DNA of 64,000 nucleotides from Orbicella franksi. Lineage: Eukaryota. The translations under genes and the position numbers were made by a program. Of the stretch, positions 24,401 to 38,000 are shown piece after piece (the first letter of the stretch is position 1; each line of letters begins with the position of its first letter). Location: assembly GCA_964199315.1 (NCBI GenBank), contig OZ116698.1, forward strand, positions 11,284,001 through 11,348,000. Direction: 5' to 3'. The notes beneath the pieces were generated by a model. That model searched no databases. It was not told the DNA's origin and was given only the letters and a program-made list of their open reading frames with translations.

Positions 24401-27400
24401 GAACAAGGGTGCTAGGGCGTTAAATGAGTCGATACAAGCAGCGAACAGCTCCAGTGAACAAGCCATAAGAATGGCGGAGATCTTGAATGAGGTAATGTCC
24501 TTTTTGATAGGGTTGATTCTGTTTTGAACTTTGATGCTCAACTGGCAACCAGTCCATGATATTAGACTGATCTTTGTAGAGTTATGTAGTCACTATGGGT
24601 TGCATCTTTGATTTTCTTAAACTGAACATGAAAAGCCGAATTAATTAAGCAGAGGCGTCTGTTAACTTGGGCTAGTTTACTTCGTCATATTGTGGTTGAA
24701 AATTGCCACAACGACCATTTTAAGATAATTTTGTGAAGATTTTCGAATTTCCTTTTAACCTCGACTGCTTTTGACATTTCTTGGTGTTTTAAAGCTTAAG
24801 TCCTAGTTGCAATCCTTTTCTATTAAAAGTTCTGTTAGATCGTTATTAATAAACTTAGGCTCAATGATGATACCTTCAGTCTTAACTGTTCATTTTATCA
24901 CCGGGTTGTGTTTCTTTCTGTAGACCACTATTCTAGCAGATAAACACGAAATGGAAGCGGAGGATGTCATTGAAAAGGCGAACGAAACTCTCCACAAGTC
25001 TAAACAAGCCCTAAATGCTACAGAACACGCGATGAATGCACAGGAAAAGACAACTGATGGCATAGAAGAATTACTGAAGAAGCTTAACAGAACCATAGAT
25101 CTGCACGAACAGGCGGAAAGCGCAGCTGAAAAGTCACGTGAAGAAGCCCAGAATGCAATGGACGAGGCTGTGGAGCTGTACGGGAATGGAACCGCACCTC
25201 TCCCCGACCTCGGATTGTCGGAAATGCAAGGTATGTTAAAAAGCAACTTGTCCGATGGGCGGGTTAGGTTCTTAGGAAAATACGCCCGATCAGAATACAA
25301 AGTGGATTTCAAAAAACTAGACGAACAAATATCTTTTCTACTTGTCTAGTACTACGATATTTTTTACGTAAAAGCGATCAAGGAGATGTGACAAAATTGG
25401 TGAATGATTCCGGTTTCCAGCCTTCAAGCGTTTAAATGAGGTGATAAACAATTCTCATGCCAGTCCTGCTAAATTCTTTAAGCTGAATCTGGAGACGAGA
25501 ATAGCAATGAAATAGTTTTGCTTTAATTGAGTCAGATCGAGTGTTCAGTTTAGGTTTCTTTTCGTGGATAACACTCAATTCAAGCAAAACTATTTAGTAC
25601 TTAATCAACACTCTCTACATTCCACATTGTAGAGTTTTAAATCACAGGCAACGAGACTTTCACATGCATTCTTAGTATATAAAGAAGTCATAGGAATTTG
25701 AAAATGATGAACGAGTCATTTAAACGTCATTTGAAATTATTATCGGTGATTATTATTCTTAATTGTTTGTTCAAAGCTCCGTTATTAGAATTTGATTGCC
25801 TTTCAGCAAAACTTAACACCTCCAAACAAGAGGTGGCCAACGCGTCCAAGAGTGCTGAAGAGATCCTCAGTACCCTGGAGACTTTAGTTGAGAGCTTTGA
25901 CATGAAAGAAGAATACGTCAGAAAGAAAATGGCTGAGTGGTCAGGCCTTTTTGAAAGACTAGAGGGCCTGATGACAAATGTCACTGATGCTAACAAAACT
26001 GCGCATGATGCCATTGATCGAGGGGAGGAGACATTGAAAAAGGCTAAAGACATGTTAGAGAGACTCAAGGTAACATTTAGACTAAGGAGTGTGGCCTTTG
26101 ATCAGTTCATGATTTGAAATGGGGCAGAACGTTTGCGTAAGGCTTAGTGCCAGGTGCAGTGATGTAGAGCTAGGCAAACTTGCACAGCCTGTCACTATGC
26201 TCAAGCGAGGGGATTATGGTGGAAGGTTTCAACACACTCTGAGTATTAGAGAGCTTGAGCAAACCTTGACTGCAACGGCTTTGTACATTTCGTAGCCGTG
26301 AAATGACCAAGTTCTGTGCTTTTTGGAGAACGGGAGTCACGACGGTTTATTTTTCGTTTTTCCTTTTAAAATTTATCCCTTGTATTACATATTTAGTTTG
26401 AGTAGGTTTCTACACCGTTCGGCCTACTAAACAGATCTAGATAATTGCGAAAATCGAAGTTAAAGTATGAATCATTTTTTACTAGGCGTCGTCTTTTGCG
26501 TAGTCGTCGTCATTGCTTAAGCTCCCTATTAACAGCAGCAAACAGCTGTTGAAGCCCTCCGGTACCTTTTGTCAGTCTGGCAGAGCGAGAACTAAAGGCT
26601 GGAATACCTAGCAAGGCATTCAACATAACTTTTACTTATTATGTTTTTCTCTTTATACATCAAGCCCCTCTTGAAACATAGGCTTCTAAAAGGCTAATTG
26701 TCAAACAATAGCAACAAAGTCTAATTGTTACCATCAAAAGTAATAATTCTTGATGACAATGCTGCTGTAAATATCGATTCATGATTCGACAAAATCGAGT
26801 TTTTGAGTTATAAACTATCAAAACGTGCTTGTACACCAGGGTGCTTCTTCTTCTTCTTTCGCGTCCTCTACCCGAGTGATGCATGGGTGGGATGTTGATT
26901 CTCAATCGCAGAATTTAAATCTAAGACTGTTGATTCTGACTTTCCAGAAATTCAACGAAATCATAGACAGTTCCAGAGCAGAGGCTGATTTAGCCGAAGC
27001 TAACATAACGAAAGTTGAGCGACTTATCAGTTCAGCAAACAACAAGTCAGATGAGGCTACCGCTAACCTGGGTGATGCACAGGAGCTGGCCGAAGAAGCA
27101 GCGTCAACAGCCGAGGGGGCGCGAGATATAGCTAACCAAACGCAACAGGTGAGGAGCGGGTTATCAGTTCATTAGACTATGTGAAAATTTAACGTTGTCG
27201 TGTCTGGAAAGACGTGGAAAATTCAGACAAGTTCCTAGTGTGTTTATGTGCGAGGTACCTCTATTACAGGGGTTCTACTGATCTCGAAAAGCTCTTGTTC
27301 AGCAAAACGTGGTAATGTGGCCTTTTTGGCCAGATTTCAACTATATTCTGTTAAACGAATGCCTGTTGATTGAGAGAGGTCTTAAGGGGTAAAATGGGAA

Positions 27401-28282
27401 CGGGTATTTGCCGAGTTTTTCACTGGGACAACGAAAATGACAATGAAAATTACCACCACCACCACCACCGCCCCACCCGCCCTTTTACAGGACTCTCTGT
27501 AAAGTGTTCACACCCGGGGCTGCTGTAGATGCGAACAGTCACCTATTTGGACATGCTGTTAACCTCTTAGTTCCAAAAAGTAATCGGCGTCTGAATTCTC
27601 GCTACAGAAGTAATATATTGTGAAGCAGACAAGTGATGAGAGTAAAGAATATCATCAACTCACGGAGGGTCTGTTGTCTTGATGTACTACCAAATTCTCA
27701 ATAGTGACGTTAAGACAAATGTAAGATAGTCATTAAGGAGAGTTGATACTTCGATGTTGAGGCTGAGGGAGTCAATCTATATATCTCCAACAGAAGGCTG
27801 AAATGATAAAGAAAGAGGCAGAAGAGCTTACAATCCCACGAGACAGTGTGACTGCACCCGTATCAGAAGCCGCCAGTCAGTTGTCTGACTACAAGACCAC
27901 CGCTGAAGCACAGGGACAGAGCATCAAAGACGCACTGAACAAAACTAAGGAAGCTGGCGAGGCGGCAAAAGAAGCTCGAGATAAAATACAAGATGTACTT
28001 GAAAAGTTGCTAGCACTGTTGGCGGAGATTGATGGCTTGGGCAACGTAAATATGTCGAGGTTGAATAACCTTGAAGAGCAGCTCCAGAATGACACGGACA
28101 CCGTGCGTCAGTTGGATCGTGAAGTTTTGGCAGTGGAACAACAGAGTGATTTCATTAAGGAAAGCATCAAGAAATACACCGTTGATCTGAATAAATACCG
28201 AGCGGAAAAGAAATTGCTACAAGAAATGTATGAGAAATTACCCAAGGTATGCCCAAGAGTCACGCCAGACCCAGAGGACTAG
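15429..28282 (+). CDS. LAMC1: Laminin gamma chain, complete
   Basis: Exons 15429-16449, 18673-18964, 19086-19360, 20506-21085, 21405-21892, 22393-22707, 23491-23628, 24004-24491, 24924-25230, 25807-26069, 26948-27148, 27794-28282, all GT-AG and frame-compatible. LN (CMPSFGNAAF...NTFGDEVF), LE, L4, LE with NIDFNAIGNC, then a coiled coil starting at CPPCY. An upstream in-frame ATG at 15378 is possible. The symbol denotes the gamma family, not strict 1:1 orthology. Confidence 0.93.
19400..19561 (+). mobile_element. Partial copy of the 3311-3493 MITE (laminin gamma intron)
   Basis: Shares TTCATTAACG..TTTCAGC.GGA.GGCAACTGGTTTT and GGCAAAATT.TCCTCACAGCC.GTCAATTT. Confidence 0.7.
23690..23945. repeat. 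Harbinger-like MITE fragment with an internal ~100-bp tandem duplication
   Basis: CACTA.TCCGTCACGAAA and CGCTCTTCAAACCGGAGGA.TTTGAAAA each occur twice (~23703-23765 and ~23802-23867); starts with AGGCCC. Confidence 0.6.
26245..26530. mobile_element. MITE with ATTAGAGAGCTTGAGCAA / TTGCTTAAGCTCCCTATT termini
   Basis: Imperfect terminal inverted repeats within a laminin gamma intron. Confidence 0.65.
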
Positions 28283-30081
28283 CATTTAGTCGTGATATAC
28301 AACAGCATTTTGCTTAGCGGGCCACTGGTATGATAAATATTGCGTGACTTAAATCAATTCTTGGACATGTCAGCTCCGAGACACGCCGAACAACCTAAAT
28401 ACGGTTTCTCGATTGAGAAAATTGCATTTTTTGTCATCAAATAATATTATTGTAACTATTCTTGAAGATTCGAGGCATTTTGTTTCATGCTACCTTAAAA
28501 TTAAGCGTTGAAATTTGGAAGGAAGTTGCTGATCGATATGCTATGGAGTAAAGATGCCATTTTGGCATTCACAATTCTAGTATCATATTATTTTGTAATA
28601 TTAGCTTTTTAAAAATGTATTTACGGGAAGGGAGTTTGTTAGGCTATTGAAATACGTTCAGATTTGAATTGTTAAACCTGGTAAAGCTTATTTTAGTATT
28701 TTAAAACGCAAAAACTTTCACCAGCATCAAACTCAACTTACTTAACTCGTGAAATTTATTGAGGCGGAGTTTTTCTTTTAACATTTGCTCACTTTATTTA
28801 TTAGCTTACATTAAGCTTTTATGTATGAGGAATTAAAGTCTCTTAAAGCTGTTGCAAAAAGGTCTACATGTACCAGCGTGTGGCTTTATATGGGAGTGTG
28901 ACGCTTAAATTAGGGATGGCCAATGCACGACAGTTGCGAAAACAAAACAAATTCATCCGCCTTTGATTACGAGCCGGCGTACCTAACAAAGATGTTACAC
29001 TATCGTGAGGCCTGTAATGAGAAAATATTGGTCGAGAACGAAACCAGTTTTTCCTCGATAAGGGCTGACCATGTTACGTTCAGTAATTAATTTATCATCA
29101 ACATTGTCATGTTTTCTATTCATTAAGATATCTCTGCTAGACAAACCCAGGTGAGTTATTTCATTTGGATCTCATTTTGTCAGAGTCTGTATGTCACTGC
29201 TTGGGGTAGAAGTCGTTTTAATCCATCTTAGTTGAGGAAACTAGATTAAACTGACCTTAAATAGCCTAAAGATGTCGAGGCTAAAGGTTTTGTGGCTTGA
29301 CGTCGAACATTGTAAGACCTAAAATCCGCATTACACAAAAAAATATTTAATAAATGGGGCTCCAGTTTCTTGGGGCAGTTCATCGTGCCACGCCCTTTCA
29401 ATATCCAAAGTTGGTATTTTTGTAGCTCAATTAGAGACTGGAGCGATTATGCTAATGAGGCCAATTTTATAATCAAAGATTCCCAACAGCTTCAAATGAC
29501 CTCAGCCCCAACCATGGGGTTAAGCCGAGAGCGGGAAACTTTGTCTTGATTAAAATTGGATCCAGGGACACCCAGCGAGCTTTCTTTTCAGGATCTCTCA
29601 GCAAACAGAATACTCAACAAATAAACCCTTTTGGAAGAACATCCAGATGCTTTAATAGGTTACACACTTTTCTATTCACAACAAAACACAGGCAGTTTGA
29701 AAAGAATTTTACACCTTCCAAAAATTTAGTCTGAATCCAAAATAAACACGATTGTTATTTTCAGGCACTTTGAAGTTAATAGATATGAACCGTAATAGCA
29801 TTCTCACGTGGCGTGCATGTGTCAAAATTAATATATTCTCTATAATATTATTCAGAAGTATGCACATGACTGAGTGAATTGAGTATAAACAAAACCAGAT
29901 GCTTAGTAATAACGAAACCTAAAGATAAATAAAATTAATGGTTTACATTAAAGCTATCCACGTTCACACCTCTTTGGACACCTCCCCAGCCCCATCCCCA
30001 CCCCCAACATATTCAACAATGTGGAGCTTGGTTACTCAGCTTTCCTGGGTTCTTACAAAGATGTGAGAGAAATAAATAAAC

Positions 30082-30402
30082 TTTTTTACGATAACTGCAG
30101 AAATTCTTGTGCACTCATTGGTTAATTTTCATTGCCAATATGCGGATAGATACATGAATTTATAATTAATGCGATACATCAATGAGCGAAGAGTGGACAA
30201 TTTGACAATTTGTTATCGTAAAAAACAAATTGACGTGAGTTTTTCATGTGTCTGTCCTGTTTTTGACAATGAATTTCATCATAACATTGTCAAAGTAGTC
30301 TGCAGATATCGCCTTGTGGATCCACAACCACTGACAATGTTAGAACAAAATTCATGATCAGTCACAAGAAAAACACATGAAAAACTGACGTCAATTTGTT
30401 AA
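30082..30402 (+). mobile_element. Same repeat family, copy 2
   Basis: TTTTTTACGATAACTGCAGAAATTC...AAAACTGACGTCAATTTGTTAA. Confidence 0.75.
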
Positions 30403-32068
30403 GTAGAAAATGTGATCCAAAATGGTCAGGAAGGAGTATGAATATCAAACAATATATATTTTTGTCATAAAATTCTTAACTTTCTTCACGATTTAAACAA
30501 AGTACTACATATATCTTGTTCGTTAAGTCGTTCCAAGTTTCTGTTCCTATTTCTGATTTTGAACACCAAGAGAAAAGGGTAGAGAGCCCTAAGGAGAGTT
30601 CATTTACAATACTTCAAATAATGTGCAAAACCAAGTTCTCAATTTACACTCCCCAAAAGAGCTTTTCCTTCTGTCTTTTCTGAATAACTTTGAAATCACT
30701 GAAATAACATGAATCATATTTAACATATAGAGCCTTGCTTCTTTGTATCCTAACAACTTATTCTAATGTGAAGTAATCTATGACAATGATATGTATGTTG
30801 AATTATATTGAAGTCCCTTACTGTTTAACCAAGCTCCACAAGTTGAAAATCTTAATTTTCTAGAGTTCAAGGGTCCCAAGGTACAAGTCTGTAACAACCA
30901 TCACTTCATTGAAAAAAAAAAAATTCCCTCCTTGAAGCTATGGAAACACTTTGCTCTTCATTTCCACTGCAACAGTCTCAAATTCATTAATTTCACAATT
31001 TTCACAGAGAATGTTGCACTCAAATCTAAAGAGGACCTGTCTGAATTTAAAGCTTCTTAAATTAAGGTTTTGCATTCTTGGCATCACTTATTTTGCACAC
31101 AGAAGTCACATGATAAAAAGTAAACTACGTGTACCTGTCAGCTTCATAACAGCACTCTTACTTTTTCACAACCAATTTACAGACCTTATCCAAGACCCAT
31201 AGGCCTTTTTATTGTAAAAGGCACTAGGGTCACACTTTTAAGCAATTCTGTCACATACAAAACAGTCTTGAAATGAAACAATAGAGTTTGATTTGTCTTT
31301 TAGTTTATAAAGCAAGTGACTAGCAGAAGTGCTGCAATTCTGGCTTCTTATACTGACTCAGCATGCACATATACTCTACTTACAATATTATTATTATTGA
31401 TAATGATTGCTATAACTTTATCTGTGAATACATAGTATATAGTTTATAGTTGAATCACCCATCAGAATCGCCACGACCAATCCACTGGATTTGTCACTAC
31501 ACAACACTAGTGTGATGGGATTATTTATTTACAATTTGGAAATACATCCAAATAATTTTTCAGAATTAACACAAACTTTGTACCAATGACCCAGATATAA
31601 AAAATTATAATTTGAAATTTCAATAATATTCTTTTTGTATAAAACTTCTTTCCATGTCATTATTATTTCACCTACTTTTATATCTATCCATCCCTGGGGT
31701 TAACCCAAGCCATTTGTATTTAATGGGTGCACCAAGCCATTGATTTTAGCCAAGTCAGTTCAACTAAAAACAATATTGAAATGATTTTCCTGCAATATTC
31801 ACATGCAGAATCTTTAGGTAGGGCACATTATTCCTCTTTGAGGATCTTTTAGTTAAAACACTAAGCATAAATTATTGAAAGTTATCTTCACCTAAGCTAC
31901 AAGATAAAAACCGTAGTTTAGACAAGAAAAAAAAACAACTGTCAAACCAGGTAGGGGCACCCTCATATTTAAATTTAAGAACCAAAACCACACTGACAAG
32001 TAACATTAACATCCAATGATTGATCAAAAAATAAAACAACTCAAACTCTTAACTAATATTTAGCTATT

Positions 32069-35000
32069 TTAAGATTCTTTGAATGAATGTCGAGGGGCTA
32101 CAGGAGATCCTTGACCACTAGCACCGCTCTTATCACCATTGCCATCCTGATCACTGCCAACCACTTCTTGATCACTGAACAAGGGGTTGACAACTGTCAT
32201 ATCACCTGTCTGCAAAGTAAACAATAATAAATGTAGAAAATGTGTTTCCAATGCAAATTACAAAGGTATGGTAATTGAATGCATCAGCTAAAAGAAGGCT
32301 ACACAGTGTCCTTTGAACTGTGTTCTCTCCTTAACAAACAATGGTAAACATCACCTTTTGGTTTTCAAAAGAGAGGAATAACAGTTATTTCCTATTTCTG
32401 CATTTGAGCATAGGGGAATGGTTATGAAACCCGGCAAATTTCTTTGCTGTGTGTTTTTGTTCTCTTTTTTGGCCTTGACCATGTTTAATAGTTGTTTACT
32501 CCGTACTGAGGAACTAACCAATAGAAACATTTTGGTTACGTAATTCATTCATAGTGTATGAGCAAAAAACAAAAGATTGTGCACGGTTGTGGACCTTCCA
32601 ACATAAATCCTGACATCTTTGTTTCCTCCTTTGATGTTTGCTGGGCTTCATAACCATTTCCCTCTAAAAACCATAATTTGAGCAAAAGCTACCTGTGACA
32701 TTCTAAATGACAGTAACCATCTCAACATGTTGTTGTTGACACAGCATGTCTATGTGGACAACCTACCGGAGCCAGTCCGTGACACTCATAGACAGTGTAA
32801 TCTTCATCATCTCCCTCATCACTATTTTCGTCATCATCAAGTGTCTCTCCCTTAATCCCTCTCTTCGTTCCACTAGCCCTGGTTTGAAACAAAAATAATT
32901 CTTACACAATGACCATAACAATGGCACTAGGGAATAAAGTAATCACTGCATACAATCTGTACATAATTATATCAACTTACTTTTCCATGGCTGACAGTTG
33001 ACTTTTTGTCTGCTGATAATGATATATTTCTGCACTGTAATCAAGCTTATGGTCTCCCTAAAACAACATACAAAATTCCATTATTGAAAATATACACTCA
33101 CATCATTACATTCAGATTTTACTATCAATTCTTTCATATTTTCTGGCTAATACTTACACCTTTAATGTAGCTGAATGTAATTTAGGCTAAGTTAAACGCG
33201 AAACAATGCTGGCCAGCAGTCACTCCCTGGGCATTGGCGCAAGGTAGCCAGGGGATTGCACAGGGGCCTTTGCATGTTTACAGCTCGGCTTATGTTTGTG
33301 AATATCAGGTGAGTTTGGTTGAGTCATGGTTTGTATTTTGCAAGCCACAGGATGCAGAGAAAACCAGTTTTCAGGCTTGACATCTGGGCAAGCTGTAACT
33401 ATGATGTACTAACTGGGAAGTCATTCTCACTACCCTGAAAACAATTCATCTCAGTCTTTAAGTAGTTAAATTTCATCAAAAATTTTCCCAAGAAACTCTA
33501 CTCACCAGTTAGGCAAGTGAAGGACAGAATCTACCAGCCCAGTTGCAAAATCCACAAGCCCCAGGTTATTGGACACAACTTTCCTTGCCTTCTAATAACA
33601 TAGTCAAGCCAAAACACCCATGGAAAGACCAAACAAACATAATATGCTGCCAGAGCCAAATAAAAGGTTTAATTTGGTTTTTACCATACTCAAGTTTAGA
33701 GTGGCAAGGTTAACTTACTAGTGTATGTGATAAGTGAAAGATGGTAAATTTGCAGCCTGGTGAATAAAAGATAAAGATGAAAATAATGTTACCACGAGCA
33801 TGGGACGAAGAAAAAATCTGAGTTCCCAACAGGTAATGTGTTCGAATCCTGTTGGAGACTCAGATTTTTTTCCTCATCCCATGCTCGTGGCAAACATTTC
33901 ATCTTTATCATTTACTAATCATACAAATCTCCATAGTGAACGGAAACATACCTTAGTGACCTGTGCACCCTGTTTTGTAGCTCCATAACTTGAATACTCT
34001 GCTTCACTCACAGCCTTTGCTGTAGTGTGCAGCCTTACAAGAAAATATTACATTTTAGTTTAACCATTCAAACACAGCAAAACAATAAAATGTATTTATC
34101 ATGCATTGTGTAACCTTGTCCCTGGGGTACTATGTCATTGCAACATGTTGTCACAATGCTTCATTAGCAGGGCGTTGGTATATCTATATGACGTTGTCTT
34201 CATTTGTATTCATTCGGGTCATACGGCCGCTTTTTCACCCCCTAAATTAAATACCCAATGACTTTGTCTCCTTGAATCCAGGTCCTGCTGGACCTTTGCC
34301 GCAGGTTGCACCCAACAGCCTAAGTGATGAGTCTTTTTCGCTTGATGGAAGTACGCTGTCGAGTTCGTACAGTGGTTTGTATGACACCTTTGATTCTTTG
34401 ATCAAACTAGACCACTGCGAATTGTATCCTCTTTTTGATCTTGATTTGGATGATAAAGGTTTAAGGATTGGTCACTGGAATGTTAATCGCTTAACTTCAA
34501 CTAAGTTTGATCAGATCAAGCTTTTCCTTGCTGGAGAGTCTGGTAGACCTCAAGTTGACATGCTTTTCTTAAACAAAACATTCTTAAAGCCTGATATTCC
34601 TGACTCATTATATGCCGTTCCCGGATTTACAATTTATCGCTGTGACAGAATATCGAAATGTGGTGGCGGTGTAATGGCCTTTGTCAATCAAGATCTGCGT
34701 GTGAAGCGTAGAGCTGACTTGGAGAATGCTCACTTAGAGATTATTTGGCTGGAGGTTTTCCCATTCAAGTCAAAAAGGTCTCTTTTTATTTCAGGAATTT
34801 ACCGTCCGCCCTCGTACTCTTCGGCTGACGATACTCGCTCGCTGACGATACTCGTGTTAATTTCACCCCCAAGCCTTACTTTCTATTAAGTAAAAAAGTG
34901 AAGATGAAATAATTATTATCAGTCCCAATGGAGCAAGATGACATAATTCCTTGGACAATGAGAGTTGAGAATAATTTCATGTAAACAAGGCTTGGTATTC

Positions 35001-38000
35001 AAGAAAACACACACCAGGGGAGGAGTTGATGACTTTTGAAAAGGTCATACAAAAAGGTAAATATAAACTGTTGTAAGACTATGGACAAAATTCACACTAA
35101 TGCTGCATTAACTGGCTCAATTGTGCTGTGAATAACTGGGCCAGATAGTGATGCAAACAGCAGTAATTACCGCTGAACAAGCTAAAGGGTTCTCCCTTTG
35201 CCCTCAAAAAGATAAACTACTTGAAGTCCAACACTTGGTAAGCTGCTTGAATAACATAACAAATAACAACTTAAAAACTACATCTCTCAAAGAAATACTG
35301 TAACAAAATTAATGCGAGTTTACTTACTTATACCAGCAGTACCCTGCTAACGCCAACCCTGCAATCCCAGCCACACTGCAACCAATTACTATAACTAAAG
35401 AGAAAAAGATTTTGTTAAAATGACATGCTTACATCACAGTCACATGTAATTTAGCTTTGTTGTTTCGTCAATTCAAAAAACAATCCCCTTACTGTCAGAA
35501 AATAGAAAATGAGAGTCGAGTGCTTGAAAAAAATATTTAGACAGCAAAATTTGACGTGTTTCCATAGAGACACAAGCCTATTTGCAACTATTCTTGCTAT
35601 TTCTTTAATAATAGCATCTCATTGCAAATCTGATATGAAGAACATAATAATAATTATGGCTTTTAAATCAGTATTAAGTTCAAGAAGAAGTCTTCAAATT
35701 TAAAATCTTCATTACTTTGGTCAAGCTAATCAGAATTACATTTTGGCAGAATAGTAAAATGCTTCATGGTCCATTTTCAATTTCACTGAAAGTGGGAGGC
35801 AACCTGTCTACAACTGATGCCTTAGGGAATGAGGCACTGCATAAAATAAGGTGTTTATGAATCAGACAAAGTCAGGCAGCTAAACAAAAACTCCTGCCAT
35901 TTTTGCAGTTTTTACTTTTCTCCACAACTGTACCAAGCAAAGTGATGAAAAAAGCCACGATAGAGGTTTATACATTCTATGAATTTGTAGGCTTAGCCAT
36001 GATTTAAAATAGCAAATCATTCAGTGTTAAATTCCCTGCCTCACAACAACCACAAATGTCCTCTGTCACAGTGATTTTATTACAATTTGCTACCACTAGG
36101 CAGTCCCTGCGACTTGTATTTATACCTCATCATACTTTTTTGTTATGTTTCGGCAGCATATTAGGCATGTTTGGTTGCACCATGGTTTGTATTTTGGTGG
36201 CAAGACTAAAGGCACCCGATATACTGCCAAGCAGACTAAAACAAAAGGTATAATAACATTATTTATAGATATATCATACCCAAATTTGGCCAAAGTGACC
36301 ATGACATCGTAGCCATATTGGGTCATTGACTTGATATTGCAGGATATCAGGACAGTAAGCACAGTCTGTGATTGACTGATTGCAAATTTGGGTACAGTGA
36401 CACAAAAAATCACGTCTCAGTCCAAAAGCAATGTGTCCTTTTTTCCCATAGACTGACCCCATTTCTATTATTTTCAAGACCAATTATTATAACCAATTAA
36501 TTTGCAGCAATGCCAGTAACATACAATTGTAGTTATGTAATAAGTTTAAAATTTTTACAATCTTTAAACCTCTTTTAAAAACATATTTATTTGAAGTGGC
36601 TTATAATATATAACTGACATTAATTACATAGTTTATGATATTGGAATAATGTTCATAATGTTGATGTATAGAGACAATTTTTTTAGTGTATTTATTTTAT
36701 TCTTTTGTTCTTCTAATTTATTTTATCACTGATTGTGATGCATTTTTCTTTTTATTTCAATGTTAATATCATTAGAATTAGGATCATGATTTCCATTTTA
36801 ATTTTTTATTTGTGAATAGTTTTTATGAATAATTTTGTAAAGTGCATGTGAACATATCCACATGTTAATTTCCACTATAAAAGTACCATTATTATTTATT
36901 CATTATTAATATTATAATTTGGGTAGCTGATCTTTGCAACTCAATTTACTTGGACCCAATAAAGCCACAGAAATTTCTTGATATTTTAAGCTCAACAAGC
37001 TAGAATTATAATGCAAAAGAACTGGGTAGCTTTGATAGTGAACAACTCCAATGTAAACTCCAATGTAAACACAGTGATTGTAATCTGTTTGAAACTGAGA
37101 CCTGTTTTTCACTAGCTGTACCATGTTATGGTCTCCTAATAAAGTTCTTGCTCTTCTCTCTCTTCATGCTGTTTTCAGTGAGAATGTAAACCACTGTAAA
37201 CCAAGGTATCCACCCTTCGAAAGAAGCAACCCATGAAAACTGACAACCCTCCAAAGTAATGACAAAACTGAAAATAACAAAACTCAGTGAAGTTTGACTT
37301 TTTGGAAGTAAATCTGAGAAACAAATGACAAAAAGGACAGTTGATTACTCTGCCCTGATATAAAATTTTCTCTTTGCACCTCTAACTTACAGGAATATTC
37401 TACAAACAAAAATAAAATAGACTTGTTTTTGCAATTTTAATGTACGCTTACAGCAAAGAAAAGTCTAAAAGTTCCATGAAGCTGATAAAAAATTCTAATG
37501 ATTAAATGATAAGAATCATTTCACTCTGAGTAGACACGCATGATTGTATGTTTTCAAATTACCCAGAGCTGTCCATTACTCAATTTAGCTATTTGAGCCA
37601 AACTTTTGCATCAACTGTTGGAAGATAATCTTTTGGCACCTTAAAATAGACCGATAAAGCATACATTTGAAACATGAATCTTGTTTTCACAAGGACATTT
37701 CCAAACACTGGCACTGACATAAAATGTTTTAAAATTTAATTTCATTAAACCTGCATTGAGTAGCATTTTGTCTACACAGTGTTACTAATTAAAACAGTTT
37801 CCTTTTGTTTCTCTTGCCACAGCTCTTTCCAAATATAAGTCCATTCAAGGACAGCTTGCTAACAACAGTAACTATATTTCATTGTCAAAAAATTAACACC
37901 ATCTAATTGCCCTTTTTGTTCAAAGGAATCAGCCAGGTGAAAACATCTGCCAATTTATTATAATAGAAGTGACTGAAAATTTAAAAGAATTTGATTGTGT

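Noticed and set aside
24017-28101. Antisense ORFs rich in S/A/L over the laminin gamma coiled-coil exons
   Set aside because: They are reverse-frame shadows of real exons.
33836-33860. tRNA B-box GTTCGAATCC
   Set aside because: It is part of a SINE-derived hairpin with no cloverleaf, so it is not a tRNA gene.
36270-36915. An SDH-like tripeptide and a TTA-rich tail suggesting the rest of the LINE at 34.3 kb
   Set aside because: There is no supporting endonuclease or RT sequence around it, and a host NPDC1 exon lies between the pieces.
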